A stretch of 64,000 bases of DNA from Anaerolineales bacterium (GTDB taxonomy: Bacteria; Chloroflexota; Anaerolineae; Anaerolineales; UBA11579). The notes under the pieces were generated by a model, which ran no database searches, was not told where the DNA came from, and worked only from the letters and a program-made list of their open reading frames with translations. Numbering within the stretch: position 1 is the first letter of the stretch; each line of letters starts with the position of its first letter. Position numbers and translations under genes: made by a program. Location: positions 9,249 through 73,248 of the forward strand of contig JAFGDK010000029.1 in assembly GCA_016932165.1 (NCBI GenBank), read 5' to 3'. Positions 20,211 to 29,801 of this stretch are shown piece after piece.

Positions 20211-22987
20211 AGAAAACTCGCCGCTACCTGAAGGTTTTGTTGCCAGGCCTGATCATCTTTCAACTGCTAATTGTAAGATCAAGTTTGGCTGCCCCACAGC
20301 CCCAGATCCCCACCTCAGACCAGCTAGCCCTGGACTTGTTGAATAGAATGAGACCAGAGGAACGCGTTGGACAGCTTTTTATGGTGGAATTTGATGGCGA
20401 TTCGTTCACCGAAGATTCCCCCTTGCTGGACTTGATCACCAATTATCATATCGGGGGGGTGATTCTAAAAGCAAGCAACCTTAACTTCTCACAGGGTGAA
20501 GATAGTTTGCAGAATGCCTGGGCAATGATCCAGGAGATACAACAAACCGAGGTCAGCGGCTCCCGCAACTCAACGATCCTACCCGCAACTGGCGAAAGTT
20601 TCAGCCCAGCCCTGGTGCCCTTGTTCATTGGGATTGAGCAACCAGTTGACGGCTATCCGGGAAGCCAACTGCCCGAGGGATTGACGGTGATCCCCAGTCA
20701 GATGGCGGTTGGCGCCACATGGGATGCTCAATTAGCCCAGCAAGCTGGCGAACAATTTGGGTATGAACTCAGCACCCTGGGGATTAATTTCCTCCTTGGT
20801 CCTTCATTGAATGTGCACAGTAACCCCCGTCCAGAATTCAATGGTGATCTGGGGGTCAATAGTTATTCCGGCAGTCCTTTTTGGGTAGGCGAATTGGGGC
20901 AGGCCACCATCGCGGGACTGCATCGCGGAAGCAACAACCGCTTGGCCGTTATCGGCAAAAATTTTCCAGGGTTTGCGGGAGCAGACCAATCCCTAATCAC
21001 CGAGATACCCTCTATCCGGAAAACCCTGGAACAATTAATGCAGACCGAGCTGCCCCCGTTTTTCAAGGTCACAAATCTGGGTGATGAGCCTGGGACACAG
21101 GCCGACGGTTTATTATTGTCCCATGCCAGATATGAAGCATTTCAGACAGATGTTTCTGCCATTTCACCTCCCATCACCTTGAACACGCAGGCTTTGACCA
21201 AACTACTTTCTTTGCAGTCATTATCCGACTGGCATGCCAATGGCGGCTTGATTGTGAGTGATGAATTAGGAAGCCAGGCGGTAAGGCGCTATTACGTGCA
21301 GATTGGCCAAAGATATGATCCCCGGCTGATCTCACGTGACGCGCTGCTGACTGGCAGCGATCTGCTGCTGACCGGCAACTTCATTGCCCCCAACGATCCT
21401 GATCTTTACACTTCGATTGTCCGTACCCTGGTATTTTTTGCCCAAAAGTACAGGGATGATGTGGCCTTTGCTCAGCGCGTGGATGAATCCATTTTGCGCA
21501 TCTTGAAAACAAAATATGAATTGTATAACAACTCATTTACTGAAGCCACGATTTTGACCCCAATCGATCAATTAGAAACGATCGGCGGGGCAGATCAAAT
21601 CTCCTTTAACATTGCCCGCGAAGGTGCTACCTTAATTGATCCTGCACCAGAAAATCTAAACACCGTCCTGCCAAATCCACCTGGGGCAAACGACTTTATC
21701 ACCATCTTTACGGATACAGTGACCTACCAGGTTTGCGAGGCTTGTGAACAAGTTCAGGCGCCGGCGCGTACAGCACTAGAAGATATTATCCTGCGGCTGT
21801 ACGGACCATCCGGTGATGGGCTGATCGTTCCCGGAAATGTGGCTTCTTATAGCTACAAAGATCTCTATGAGGCGGTTGGCCAAGCGAACGACCCCGAAAG
21901 TTTGGTGATTGCCAACATCAACCGGGCAGAATGGCTGGTGTTTCTGCAATCGGATCGAAAGGCAGATCGTCCAGAAGGCTCGGCCCTGAACCGCTTTCTC
22001 TCCGAAACTCCTGAATTGATTCAAGACAAAAATATCGTTGTCTTCAGTCTGGACGCCCCGTATTACCTGACTGCCAATGAAATCTCAACGGCAACAGCCT
22101 ATTATAGTTTATACAGCAAACAACCTCAGTTCATTGAAGTTGCAGCACGCCTGCTATTCCAGGAACTGAACCCCACCGGATCCTCACCTGTTTCAATCAA
22201 TAGTGTAGGGTATGTATTGGATCAAGCCCTATCACCTGATATTTCCCAAGTCATCCCGCTGGAGATCAGCATTCCTGAAGAGGGACAGCCGGAGGATGAT
22301 GCTGGTACGCCGATTGCACCAAGCCCCCTGATGCAAGGAGAAAGCATTCAAATTACCGCTGGGCCAATCGTGGATAATAACGGCAACCCGATCAGAGATA
22401 ATTTGGTTCTACAGTTTAATCTGATCACCACCAATACTGAAGGTGTTTCAAGCCAGCGGGAGATCACTGCCTTAACGATTGATGGAATGGTCTCAACCAC
22501 AGCGATACTAGACATCATAGGGTCACTTCAGATCCAGGCAGCAATCGGTGATCCGCCAGCCTTATCAGATACGCTAAATATCGATGTAATCGGTACAGGA
22601 GAGAGCCTAGAACCCAGCGAACCAGCAACGCCAGAACCCACTATACCTGCCCCTACCCCCGAACCGGCTGAAGACCTGGTGGTTGAAACTCCGCCGCGCG
22701 AGGTAACAAATCTGGTAGACTGGCTACTGGCAATCGTGGTGGTAGTTTTCTTAAGTTTATTTGCCTACCAATTCGGAGCAATTTCCGGGCAGGTGCGCTG
22801 GGGAGTGCGCTGGGGTCTGACTTCGCTGATCGGGGGACTGCTGGTGAATGCATATCTCTCATTTAACCTGCCAGGGGCGGCTATGCTGGTGAGGGAATAC
22901 CAGATTTGGGGGATTGTACTCAGTGTGGCCGGTGGCTGTCTGCTGGGATGGACCGCCGGTGCGATCTGGAAACGGTCAAAAAAATAA
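20207..22987 (+). CDS. Secreted, C-terminally membrane-anchored GH3 (NagZ-like) protein with degenerate catalytic motifs
   Basis: Signal peptide; ERVGQLF, IGGVIL, KNFPG, IVSDEL and RVDESILRIL follow the GH3 pattern; Pro/Thr/Glu linker then three terminal hydrophobic helices. Confidence 0.8.
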   Translation: MKKTRRYLKVLLPGLIIFQLLIVRSSLAAPQPQIPTSDQLALDLLNRMRPEERVGQLFMVEFDGDSFTEDSPLLDLITNYHIGGVILKASNLNFSQGEDSLQNAWAMIQEIQQTEVSGSRNSTILPATGESFSPALVPLFIGIEQPVDGYPGSQLPEGLTVIPSQMAVGATWDAQLAQQAGEQFGYELSTLGINFLLGPSLNVHSNPRPEFNGDLGVNSYSGSPFWVGELGQATIAGLHRGSNNRLAVIGKNFPGFAGADQSLITEIPSIRKTLEQLMQTELPPFFKVTNLGDEPGTQADGLLLSHARYEAFQTDVSAISPPITLNTQALTKLLSLQSLSDWHANGGLIVSDELGSQAVRRYYVQIGQRYDPRLISRDALLTGSDLLLTGNFIAPNDPDLYTSIVRTLVFFAQKYRDDVAFAQRVDESILRILKTKYELYNNSFTEATILTPIDQLETIGGADQISFNIAREGATLIDPAPENLNTVLPNPPGANDFITIFTDTVTYQVCEACEQVQAPARTALEDIILRLYGPSGDGLIVPGNVASYSYKDLYEAVGQANDPESLVIANINRAEWLVFLQSDRKADRPEGSALNRFLSETPELIQDKNIVVFSLDAPYYLTANEISTATAYYSLYSKQPQFIEVAARLLFQELNPTGSSPVSINSVGYVLDQALSPDISQVIPLEISIPEEGQPEDDAGTPIAPSPLMQGESIQITAGPIVDNNGNPIRDNLVLQFNLITTNTEGVSSQREITALTIDGMVSTTAILDIIGSLQIQAAIGDPPALSDTLNIDVIGTGESLEPSEPATPEPTIPAPTPEPAEDLVVETPPREVTNLVDWLLAIVVVVFLSLFAYQFGAISGQVRWGVRWGLTSLIGGLLVNAYLSFNLPGAAMLVREYQIWGIVLSVAGGCLLGWTAGAIWKRSKK

Positions 22988-23064
22988 ACCCTCCAATGCC
23001 AGGAATTTGATACAATGTACCGGCTCATGCAGCCTAAGAGGTTCTAACCCGGTATTATTTAACT

Positions 23065-23685
23065 ATGGAAAATCAGATTCCGACAAACCCAGAAACAGCA
23101 GCGCCTGATAAGCGCAAGGCCGGCGAGGTGATCCGGGATTATATTGTGCTGTTCCTCGGAGCTGGCACGATCATCTTTCTGGATACGTGGACCAAGACTT
23201 TGGTCAATAAGTATATTCCTGTCGGCGGCGCCTGGCTACCAGAAAAGATGAGCCAATTCCTGAGATACTTCAGAGTAACTCATCTGCACAATAAAGGTAC
23301 TGCTTTCAGCATGTTTGCAGATACGGATCAGATTAATATCATCATTGGTATTCTCGCAGCCTTGGTCTCGCTGGTGATCATCATCATCTTTCCACGGATT
23401 GACCAAAAAGATCGGGCTTTGCGAATTGCGATCCTGCTGCAACTAGGCGGCACAATCGGCAATCTTATCAGCCGGGTTCAATACGGATATGTGCTTGATT
23501 TTATTTCGGTGGGAAGTTTTGCGGTCTTCAACATCGCCGATTCAAGCCTGGTGACTGGTGCTGCACTGATGATCTTGGCCGTACTGGTGGAAGAGATCAA
23601 AGAAGTTCAACATAGAAGGGAAGCTGCCCAAAATTCCATCGATCAGGAAGAGAACGGACAGCCAGATATTCCGCCAGCTGATTAA
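23065..23685 (+). CDS. lspA: Lipoprotein signal peptidase II
   Basis: LDTWTK, NKGTAFS, GNLISR, VLDFI and FNIAD motifs. Confidence 0.9.
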   Translation: MENQIPTNPETAAPDKRKAGEVIRDYIVLFLGAGTIIFLDTWTKTLVNKYIPVGGAWLPEKMSQFLRYFRVTHLHNKGTAFSMFADTDQINIIIGILAALVSLVIIIIFPRIDQKDRALRIAILLQLGGTIGNLISRVQYGYVLDFISVGSFAVFNIADSSLVTGAALMILAVLVEEIKEVQHRREAAQNSIDQEENGQPDIPPAD

Positions 23686-23711
23686 TTTCCCCAATTACCT
23701 TCCGCCCAAAC

Positions 23712-24056
23712 CTACTGATTACTGTTCGCCCGCTTCAGCACTCTGGTTTTTCGACGCTGCTTGCAGTTCGGGCAGTGCAAGGAGAGCCAGCCGCCATCCT
23801 TATCCACCCCATGCGGTGAGATCAGGTCAGTCCAGAAGGAGATTTGATAAATATGGCCGCAGTTCGGGCATTGGTACAGCGTTTGGGTGCGGTGCCAGTT
23901 GACCAACCATATCAAACCAGCCATGACAATCACCGCCCATAGATACCAATGGCGTGGCAGCAGCAACACTGCCCCCACGCCGATGATAAGCACATAAAAC
24001 AGAATATATGCGATTGAGCGGAGATAATCTCCTCTTTCAGGTTTTGTGCCTTTCAT
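23712..24056 (-). CDS. Small membrane protein with a C-terminal zinc ribbon
   Basis: Two hydrophobic helices followed by two CPNC motifs; GGAG SD. Confidence 0.75.
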   Translation of the reverse strand: MKGTKPERGDYLRSIAYILFYVLIIGVGAVLLLPRHWYLWAVIVMAGLIWLVNWHRTQTLYQCPNCGHIYQISFWTDLISPHGVDKDGGWLSLHCPNCKQRRKTRVLKRANSNQ

Positions 24057-24076
24057 TTAGCTCTCCGGCACCTACC

Positions 24077-25063
24077 CTAATGGTTCAAGGTGGCAATCAG
24101 GCTGAAGATCAGCAAGGCGGCAGAAATCCAGATCAGACTTCGTTCTCTGGCTGACGAGATCACATCAGAAAATGATGGGGCCGGCATTGCAGCCCGCGGG
24201 CGGTGTTCCGGGTTCCAATTGCCCAGCAGGGCATCTCTGAAGCGGATCATGCTCTCAGGCCGGTGATCAGGGTGCAGACTCAAAGCCCATTCAACCGCCC
24301 GTTCGGTGCGCGGGCTGATATCTGGATTGATCTCTCGCATCTGCACGACCTTATGTGGGTTGAGGAACCTTTCGCGCGCCTCCATCGGCGGGGTATTGGT
24401 TAACAGATGGTAAAGGGTTGCACCCAGGGCATAGATGTCGCTGCGGGCATCAGTGTGGCCGGTATCCCCTCCGTACTGTTCCAGCGGAGTATACAATGCA
24501 GTGCCGCGCCCTTGCACAATCGTGATGGTGGCATCATCGGGAGCCATGATCTTGACCAATCCAAAATCCACCAGTTTGACCACGTTACTGGGTGTCAGTT
24601 TCAGGTTGCTGGGTTTAATATCCCGGTGCAAAATAGGTGGTTCCTGGCTGTGAAGGAAGATCAACGCTTCGCTGATCTGTCTGGCCCAGGAGAGCACATC
24701 ACGTTCGGAGAGAAACTCTTTTCGCTGTCGGGCTTCGATCATCAAGGTGCGCAGGTCCTTTCCCGGCACATAATCCATCACCAGGAAATCGCTCTGCCCC
24801 TCTGAGAAGATATCTGAGACTTTTGGCAAATTAGGATGATCCAGCCGGGCCAGCACATTGGCCTCACGCTGGAACTGCTCGCGCGTCTGGTGAGTGGTTT
24901 CCGGGGGCAGCTGCGGGTCGAGCCGCACCTCTTTAATCGCACAGGTACGCCCTTCCAGACGCAGATCATCTGCCAGGTAGATGCTGCCCATACCGCCGCG
25001 GCTGATAAAGCGGCGGATTTGATAGCGTTCTTTGAGGATATCTCCGGGTTTGATTGCTGTCAT
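24077..25063 (-). CDS. Hanks-type Ser/Thr protein kinase with a C-terminal membrane anchor
   Basis: RGGMG, AIKE, HRDIKPSN, DFG and GTALYTPLEQ motifs; terminal hydrophobic helix. Confidence 0.93.
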   Translation of the reverse strand: MTAIKPGDILKERYQIRRFISRGGMGSIYLADDLRLEGRTCAIKEVRLDPQLPPETTHQTREQFQREANVLARLDHPNLPKVSDIFSEGQSDFLVMDYVPGKDLRTLMIEARQRKEFLSERDVLSWARQISEALIFLHSQEPPILHRDIKPSNLKLTPSNVVKLVDFGLVKIMAPDDATITIVQGRGTALYTPLEQYGGDTGHTDARSDIYALGATLYHLLTNTPPMEARERFLNPHKVVQMREINPDISPRTERAVEWALSLHPDHRPESMIRFRDALLGNWNPEHRPRAAMPAPSFSDVISSARERSLIWISAALLIFSLIATLNH

Positions 25064-25143
25064 AACGATTCTCAAGTAGATCAATCAGCTTTGCTTGTAG
25101 GCAATCGATTAATCTTTTGGTATTATACACCTGAGGAAAGTGT

Positions 25144-25821
25144 ATGGAAAACCACCAAGAGCAAGAGTCCCCAGTCTTGATCGCCCAGACAGGTCCTCTA
25201 GAAGGACAACGCTGGAATATCACCAGCAACCTGCTGATCGGGCGGGATGCAAGCTGCGATATTATCATTATCACGCCAGACAAGCAAGTATCCCGGCGGC
25301 ATGCCCGGCTGGAACTCACCGAAGGTGAGATCATCCTGGTGGACCTGGATAGCAAAAATGGCACTCACCACAACAGCCAGCGGGTTGAAACCCCGGTTAA
25401 GCTGGAAGATGGCGACACCATCCAGATTGCCCTGGCCCAGCAGTTTGTCTTCCTCAGTTCTGATGCTACCGTCCCGCTGGACACCGAAGGGCTGGAAGGC
25501 GGGCTAGACAGCACCCGCCGCTTGCGACTTGATAACAAGACCCGCCGGGTGTGGGCAGATGGGATTGAATTGGATCCTCCTCTCTCAGTGGCTCAGTTCA
25601 CCATGCTGGAACTGCTCTTCAATGCGGAAGGCGGAGTGGTCAGCCGTTATGAGCTGATCACCGCGGTATGGGGAGAAGATCACGCCTACGATGTTTCCAA
25701 TCAAGCGTTGGATGCCCTTGTCCGCAGACTGCGCGACCGCCTAGCGGAAGCACAACCGGATCACAGTTTCATCATCACTGTGCGCGGCCACGGCCTGCGA
25801 TTGGATAATCCCACAAAATAG
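25144..25821 (+). CDS. FHA domain plus OmpR/PhoB-type winged-helix transcriptional regulator
   Basis: FHA motifs IGR, VSRRHA and DLDSKNGT; wHTH motifs VVSRYEL, LVRRLRDRL and ITVRGHG. Confidence 0.9.
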   Translation: MENHQEQESPVLIAQTGPLEGQRWNITSNLLIGRDASCDIIIITPDKQVSRRHARLELTEGEIILVDLDSKNGTHHNSQRVETPVKLEDGDTIQIALAQQFVFLSSDATVPLDTEGLEGGLDSTRRLRLDNKTRRVWADGIELDPPLSVAQFTMLELLFNAEGGVVSRYELITAVWGEDHAYDVSNQALDALVRRLRDRLAEAQPDHSFIITVRGHGLRLDNPTK

Positions 25822-25898
25822 TCGATAGTTGGTTGGTCATATCGTCAGTCTTGGATGTATTGTTTACTTATCCAAGTGAAGGCTATTCAACTATCTGA

Positions 25899-28154
25899 CT
25901 ACAACAATGGTAGCTGGGCTTCATCATGTGCGATTGGATCAAGGACCAGATAGCTGGCCAAATTCTTTTCGCTGAGGGATTTGCTCTCCCACATCCGGCG
26001 CACATGCCGGAATTTTAATATTCGCCACCCCCCATCCAAGCGGTAGCTTAACCGCGGATCGCGCTCGCGTTTATACATCACCAACCCTGCGCGCCCACCC
26101 GGCAGAACCACCACACCTTCCTCAGGCCGATGATCGGCCGCATCCAGGATGCGAGAAAGCACCGTTGAAGCGATCAGGTAAAAGTGCAAATCACTTTGAT
26201 TCAACGCATGCTCCCAGATGAGTGGCTCGCCTTTCTTCACCGTGAAACCTAGCCTCTCACCTGTCGAGCAAAGCAATTGTTCTATCTCGGTGATGTCTTT
26301 TTGTCGAGAGGCGGCGATGTCATTTGCACGCAGATGCCAGTTGCCCGATTGATCCTGCTCGGCATAGGAGGTTAAAATCATGCGGATCAAGCGCTGATCG
26401 GGCGTTAGCAAGCCCGGGAATTGTTCGCAAAGGGCAGCATCGATCTCTGCCCAGGAAATGACGGGCTGTGCCTGGAGCAAATTGACCAGCGAGATTTCCA
26501 CCCGATCTGCCAGCGGGGATTCTGATCTGGATGCATTTTTCGTCCACCATTTGCCAATTTCAATTGAACTGCGCCCTCCCTGGTAGCGGATCAGATCACC
26601 AGTAGGGATCAGCGCCTCCAACATCAATTGGCGCACCCGGTTGTAGGTATTTCCAGCCTGAATCGTGGTGGATTCCCCCAGCTCGGATTTAGGAACCGTG
26701 ATCGCATTATGCTGGCTGAGATTTAACAAGGCCGCCGCCTGTAACTGCAGGTATGGAGTTGGTTCCCCCCGCTGATTAATGATCTCCTGAAGACTGTCTT
26801 TCACAATCCTCAATCCAGCATCCAGATCAGGTTCAGGCCGTTGTTCCAGCTTGCGCCAGACGAACTGGGTCTGCCCTTCGCGCACCCGCAGGGCAACATC
26901 TTCCAGCACAAAACCAGCTAGGTCGGCCGCCGAGGCTGCCGCGGCATCAAATCCAGCTTCATTCTCAGTCACCATACCAAAGAAGGGGGTATTCTCTGGC
27001 AGGATTTCCACCAACCCCTTCAAAGAGCGGGTCAGGGCGGCCGTATGCCAGACCCAATCATACCGTCGGCGCTGGAGCACGCGGGCAAAGGGGCCAATCG
27101 CCTGCCGCCCCCACAGCCAACCTGCCCAAAGCGCTGAAAGGGTCCAAAATGCCTGGTTGGGGCGCGGCAGTGCAGAAATAACAGCCCCGACAGGGATTTG
27201 ATCAATCCTGCGGGCGATCTCTTTGATCCTGCCCTGATAAAGGCAAATTCCGCCGGAATCCGGCGGACCTTCAGGCCAATGAGTCAATGGGACAGCAGGA
27301 CCTCCGCTTGCCCAGATGCGCACAGCTGCTTCAATCACCAGCCAGAGATTATGTTCAATAAAACGCGGGGGGGTGGTAAGCTGCCTGGGACGAGAGATCT
27401 CCGCCGGGATGCGCCAGAGGTTATTGCCCTTATCACAGGCAGCCAGCAAGAGCGCTCGCAAATATTTAGCCTCATCGCCTTCAAGATCAATGCCGTCCAG
27501 CTTGTTGATCATCGTGATCAGGGCGTAAACTGCCCGCGGCAGATGGGCATCCAGAGCTTCTTCTGCATGGAAGCGATTGGGATCATCACTTGAAGTTACC
27601 CGCTGCAAGGCCAATGCCCAATGCTGGCCGCGGTGGCTGAAGCGGCTGACCTTTTCCAGGTCTTCCTCGGAGGTGGGAAACTCCCCGGCGTGCTGGCAGT
27701 TTGGGCAGGCATACACCCGCGCATAGGGGGTCAGGGTATCACTGGCCCACAGGTAGGCAGCCGCATCTACCAACCGCCCGCAGTGATCACAGCGGGTGGT
27801 GTATAACTCGCGGATATGGTGCTCCAGTCGCTCCTGACCGCGTTTGGCAGTCGCCAGGTCTGCCAGGGCAGCCTGCATGGCCTCCTCCGCAGGTGGATTA
27901 GCCAACAGGTCGAGGATAAAGCGCGTGATCGGGTTATTGGAGATCACCAGCACGCGGTAGCCAGCTTTAGCAGCCTCAATCGTCAACTGCGGGCTAGCCC
28001 CAAATGGGTCAACCACCCACTGGCCGGTCTCGGTGAGTGTATTGCCCAGCCACGCGGCTGCTGCGCCAGCAGGCAGCCGCGGTAAAAACTGGGTCAAAAC
28101 GCCCGGAGGTGATTCCTCTGCCAGCGGCAGATAGATCAATTTTGAAGTGGTCAT
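25899..28154 (-). CDS. DNA adenine methylase-like protein with zinc ribbon and degenerate motifs
   Basis: VVDPFGASP (motif I-like), CDHC...CPNC, and ALPRPN in the DPPY position. Confidence 0.65.
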   Translation of the reverse strand: MTTSKLIYLPLAEESPPGVLTQFLPRLPAGAAAAWLGNTLTETGQWVVDPFGASPQLTIEAAKAGYRVLVISNNPITRFILDLLANPPAEEAMQAALADLATAKRGQERLEHHIRELYTTRCDHCGRLVDAAAYLWASDTLTPYARVYACPNCQHAGEFPTSEEDLEKVSRFSHRGQHWALALQRVTSSDDPNRFHAEEALDAHLPRAVYALITMINKLDGIDLEGDEAKYLRALLLAACDKGNNLWRIPAEISRPRQLTTPPRFIEHNLWLVIEAAVRIWASGGPAVPLTHWPEGPPDSGGICLYQGRIKEIARRIDQIPVGAVISALPRPNQAFWTLSALWAGWLWGRQAIGPFARVLQRRRYDWVWHTAALTRSLKGLVEILPENTPFFGMVTENEAGFDAAAASAADLAGFVLEDVALRVREGQTQFVWRKLEQRPEPDLDAGLRIVKDSLQEIINQRGEPTPYLQLQAAALLNLSQHNAITVPKSELGESTTIQAGNTYNRVRQLMLEALIPTGDLIRYQGGRSSIEIGKWWTKNASRSESPLADRVEISLVNLLQAQPVISWAEIDAALCEQFPGLLTPDQRLIRMILTSYAEQDQSGNWHLRANDIAASRQKDITEIEQLLCSTGERLGFTVKKGEPLIWEHALNQSDLHFYLIASTVLSRILDAADHRPEEGVVVLPGGRAGLVMYKRERDPRLSYRLDGGWRILKFRHVRRMWESKSLSEKNLASYLVLDPIAHDEAQLPLL

Positions 28155-28210
28155 GTATTCCTATCATCAGTATAATCGGGTTAATTCAATTTTCAAAATA
28201 TGGATAAATA

Positions 28211-29530
28211 ATGTCAACAAAAAAGACCCCTCTCATTTTCATCCTGATTCTCCTGATTGCAGGCTGCAGCGGCATCCCGACAGCCGCTACACTAGCGCCT
28301 GCCCCTGAACAGCCGACTGAAGTTCCCGTTGTGACTGCAATTGACATCGAGGCTGACCCAGATGAAACCGCGCCTGCCGCTACCGAAGGCCCGGCATCAG
28401 CCGCTGCGGATACCCCGGTGATCCCGGCCAGCACCAGCGCGGTCTGTGTCCCGGCGGCCAGCCACCCAGACCTGGCTTACACCACCTTTCAAACTTTCCC
28501 ACAAGCGATTCTGGATTACTTAAATGCCGGCGCTTCACCAGAAGAACTGGCTGTGACCTTGATCATATACCAGCTTGGGCCCGAGGAACAGCCTGTGTGG
28601 GCCGAAGACCTGACCGGCGACAACCTCCGCGAAGTGGTGGTGACCGTATCTGACCAGGAGCAGATCAACCAGGGCGCTTTGCTGATCCTGAACTGCGTAG
28701 ATGGACAGTATCAACTCAGCCACACAGTGATCACCAACCAGGACGCCCTGGCCCCCAGACTGCGCCATGTACAGGATATCAACGCCGATGGGCTGCACGA
28801 TGTGGTTTTCAGCAGTACCAATTGCGGGGCGCATACCTGCTTTGAGGATCTCCAAATCCTCAGCTGGGAAGGGGAACAATATGTCAACAAGCTGGAAGGC
28901 AGCACGCTTGATTATCCCTACCCGGATATCAAACTGACCGATTTCGACCACGACGGCATCTATCATTTGGAAGTGACTGGCACGGTGATCGCCTCAGTTG
29001 GCGCCGGACCGCAGCGCAATACAGTCAATATCTGGCATTACGACCCGGCCGCCACCACCTGGAAACTCTCCGAACAGTTCTACGCCGCATCTGATTTCCG
29101 CGTGCACCAGATGCATGATGCCGAAGATGCGATGGATCGAGGCGAATACCAGATCGCCAGCCTATTATTCCAGCAGGTGATCGAAGATGACGCACTACTG
29201 GATTGGGCTGACCCGGAAACGGAACGCGCCTATCTTTCCGCCTATAGCTATTTCAAACAGATTGTGGCTGCTGTGGCCCTTGGAGACCGGGTAACTGCCC
29301 AAAACCTGTATCAACAGCTGGATGAACTTTACGGCGTTTCAGACCAGTATGCCTATGTCGATATAGCTTATGTTTTTTTGAGCGACAGCGAGACCCAGGG
29401 CTTGGATGGGGGTTGTGCGGCAGCGATCCAATATGCCGGCACCAATAAGGCTGTGATCTTGGACCCGATCAGCTCGACAATCTTCGGCTACGCCAACCGG
29501 GATTTTGAACCCGAGGATGTATGCCCGTAA
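28211..29530 (+). CDS. Lipoprotein with DxDxDG (FG-GAP/VCBS-like) repeats and a TPR-like C-terminus
   Basis: Lipobox LIAGC; Pro/Ala/Thr linker; DLTGDN, DINADG and DFDHDG repeats. Confidence 0.8.
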   Translation: MSTKKTPLIFILILLIAGCSGIPTAATLAPAPEQPTEVPVVTAIDIEADPDETAPAATEGPASAAADTPVIPASTSAVCVPAASHPDLAYTTFQTFPQAILDYLNAGASPEELAVTLIIYQLGPEEQPVWAEDLTGDNLREVVVTVSDQEQINQGALLILNCVDGQYQLSHTVITNQDALAPRLRHVQDINADGLHDVVFSSTNCGAHTCFEDLQILSWEGEQYVNKLEGSTLDYPYPDIKLTDFDHDGIYHLEVTGTVIASVGAGPQRNTVNIWHYDPAATTWKLSEQFYAASDFRVHQMHDAEDAMDRGEYQIASLLFQQVIEDDALLDWADPETERAYLSAYSYFKQIVAAVALGDRVTAQNLYQQLDELYGVSDQYAYVDIAYVFLSDSETQGLDGGCAAAIQYAGTNKAVILDPISSTIFGYANRDFEPEDVCP

Positions 29531-29545
29531 GGTGGTTACACTGAG

Positions 29546-29588
29546 AGACAGTCACGGCCACCTGCATAGCAGGTGGCCGTGACTGTCT
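29546..29588. repeat. Perfect 20-bp inverted repeat (hairpin)
   Basis: AGACAGTCACGGCCACCTGC-ata-GCAGGTGGCCGTGACTGTCT. Confidence 0.9.
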
Positions 29589-29801
29589 TCTCCATCTAAT
29601 CATATGTGACGATATATCTTGAATCGTGACAAAGATCAAAGCTGCCTGCTACCCTCAACCCGGATATCCTGTGAAAACATAACCCATTCTCCCGAAACTG
29701 AAATGCATTTTCATTGCAGAGAGAATGCGCTTGGGTTAAAGTAGTAGAGACAGTCTCAGGCGGCCCACCTGAGGCGGGTTGAGCTGCAACAGGAGACCAG
29801 G

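Noticed and set aside
25899-28154. Restriction-modification or BREX/Pgl defence island
   Set aside because: No nuclease, PglZ, ATPase or specificity subunit is adjacent, the MTase motifs are degenerate and there are no signs of mobility.
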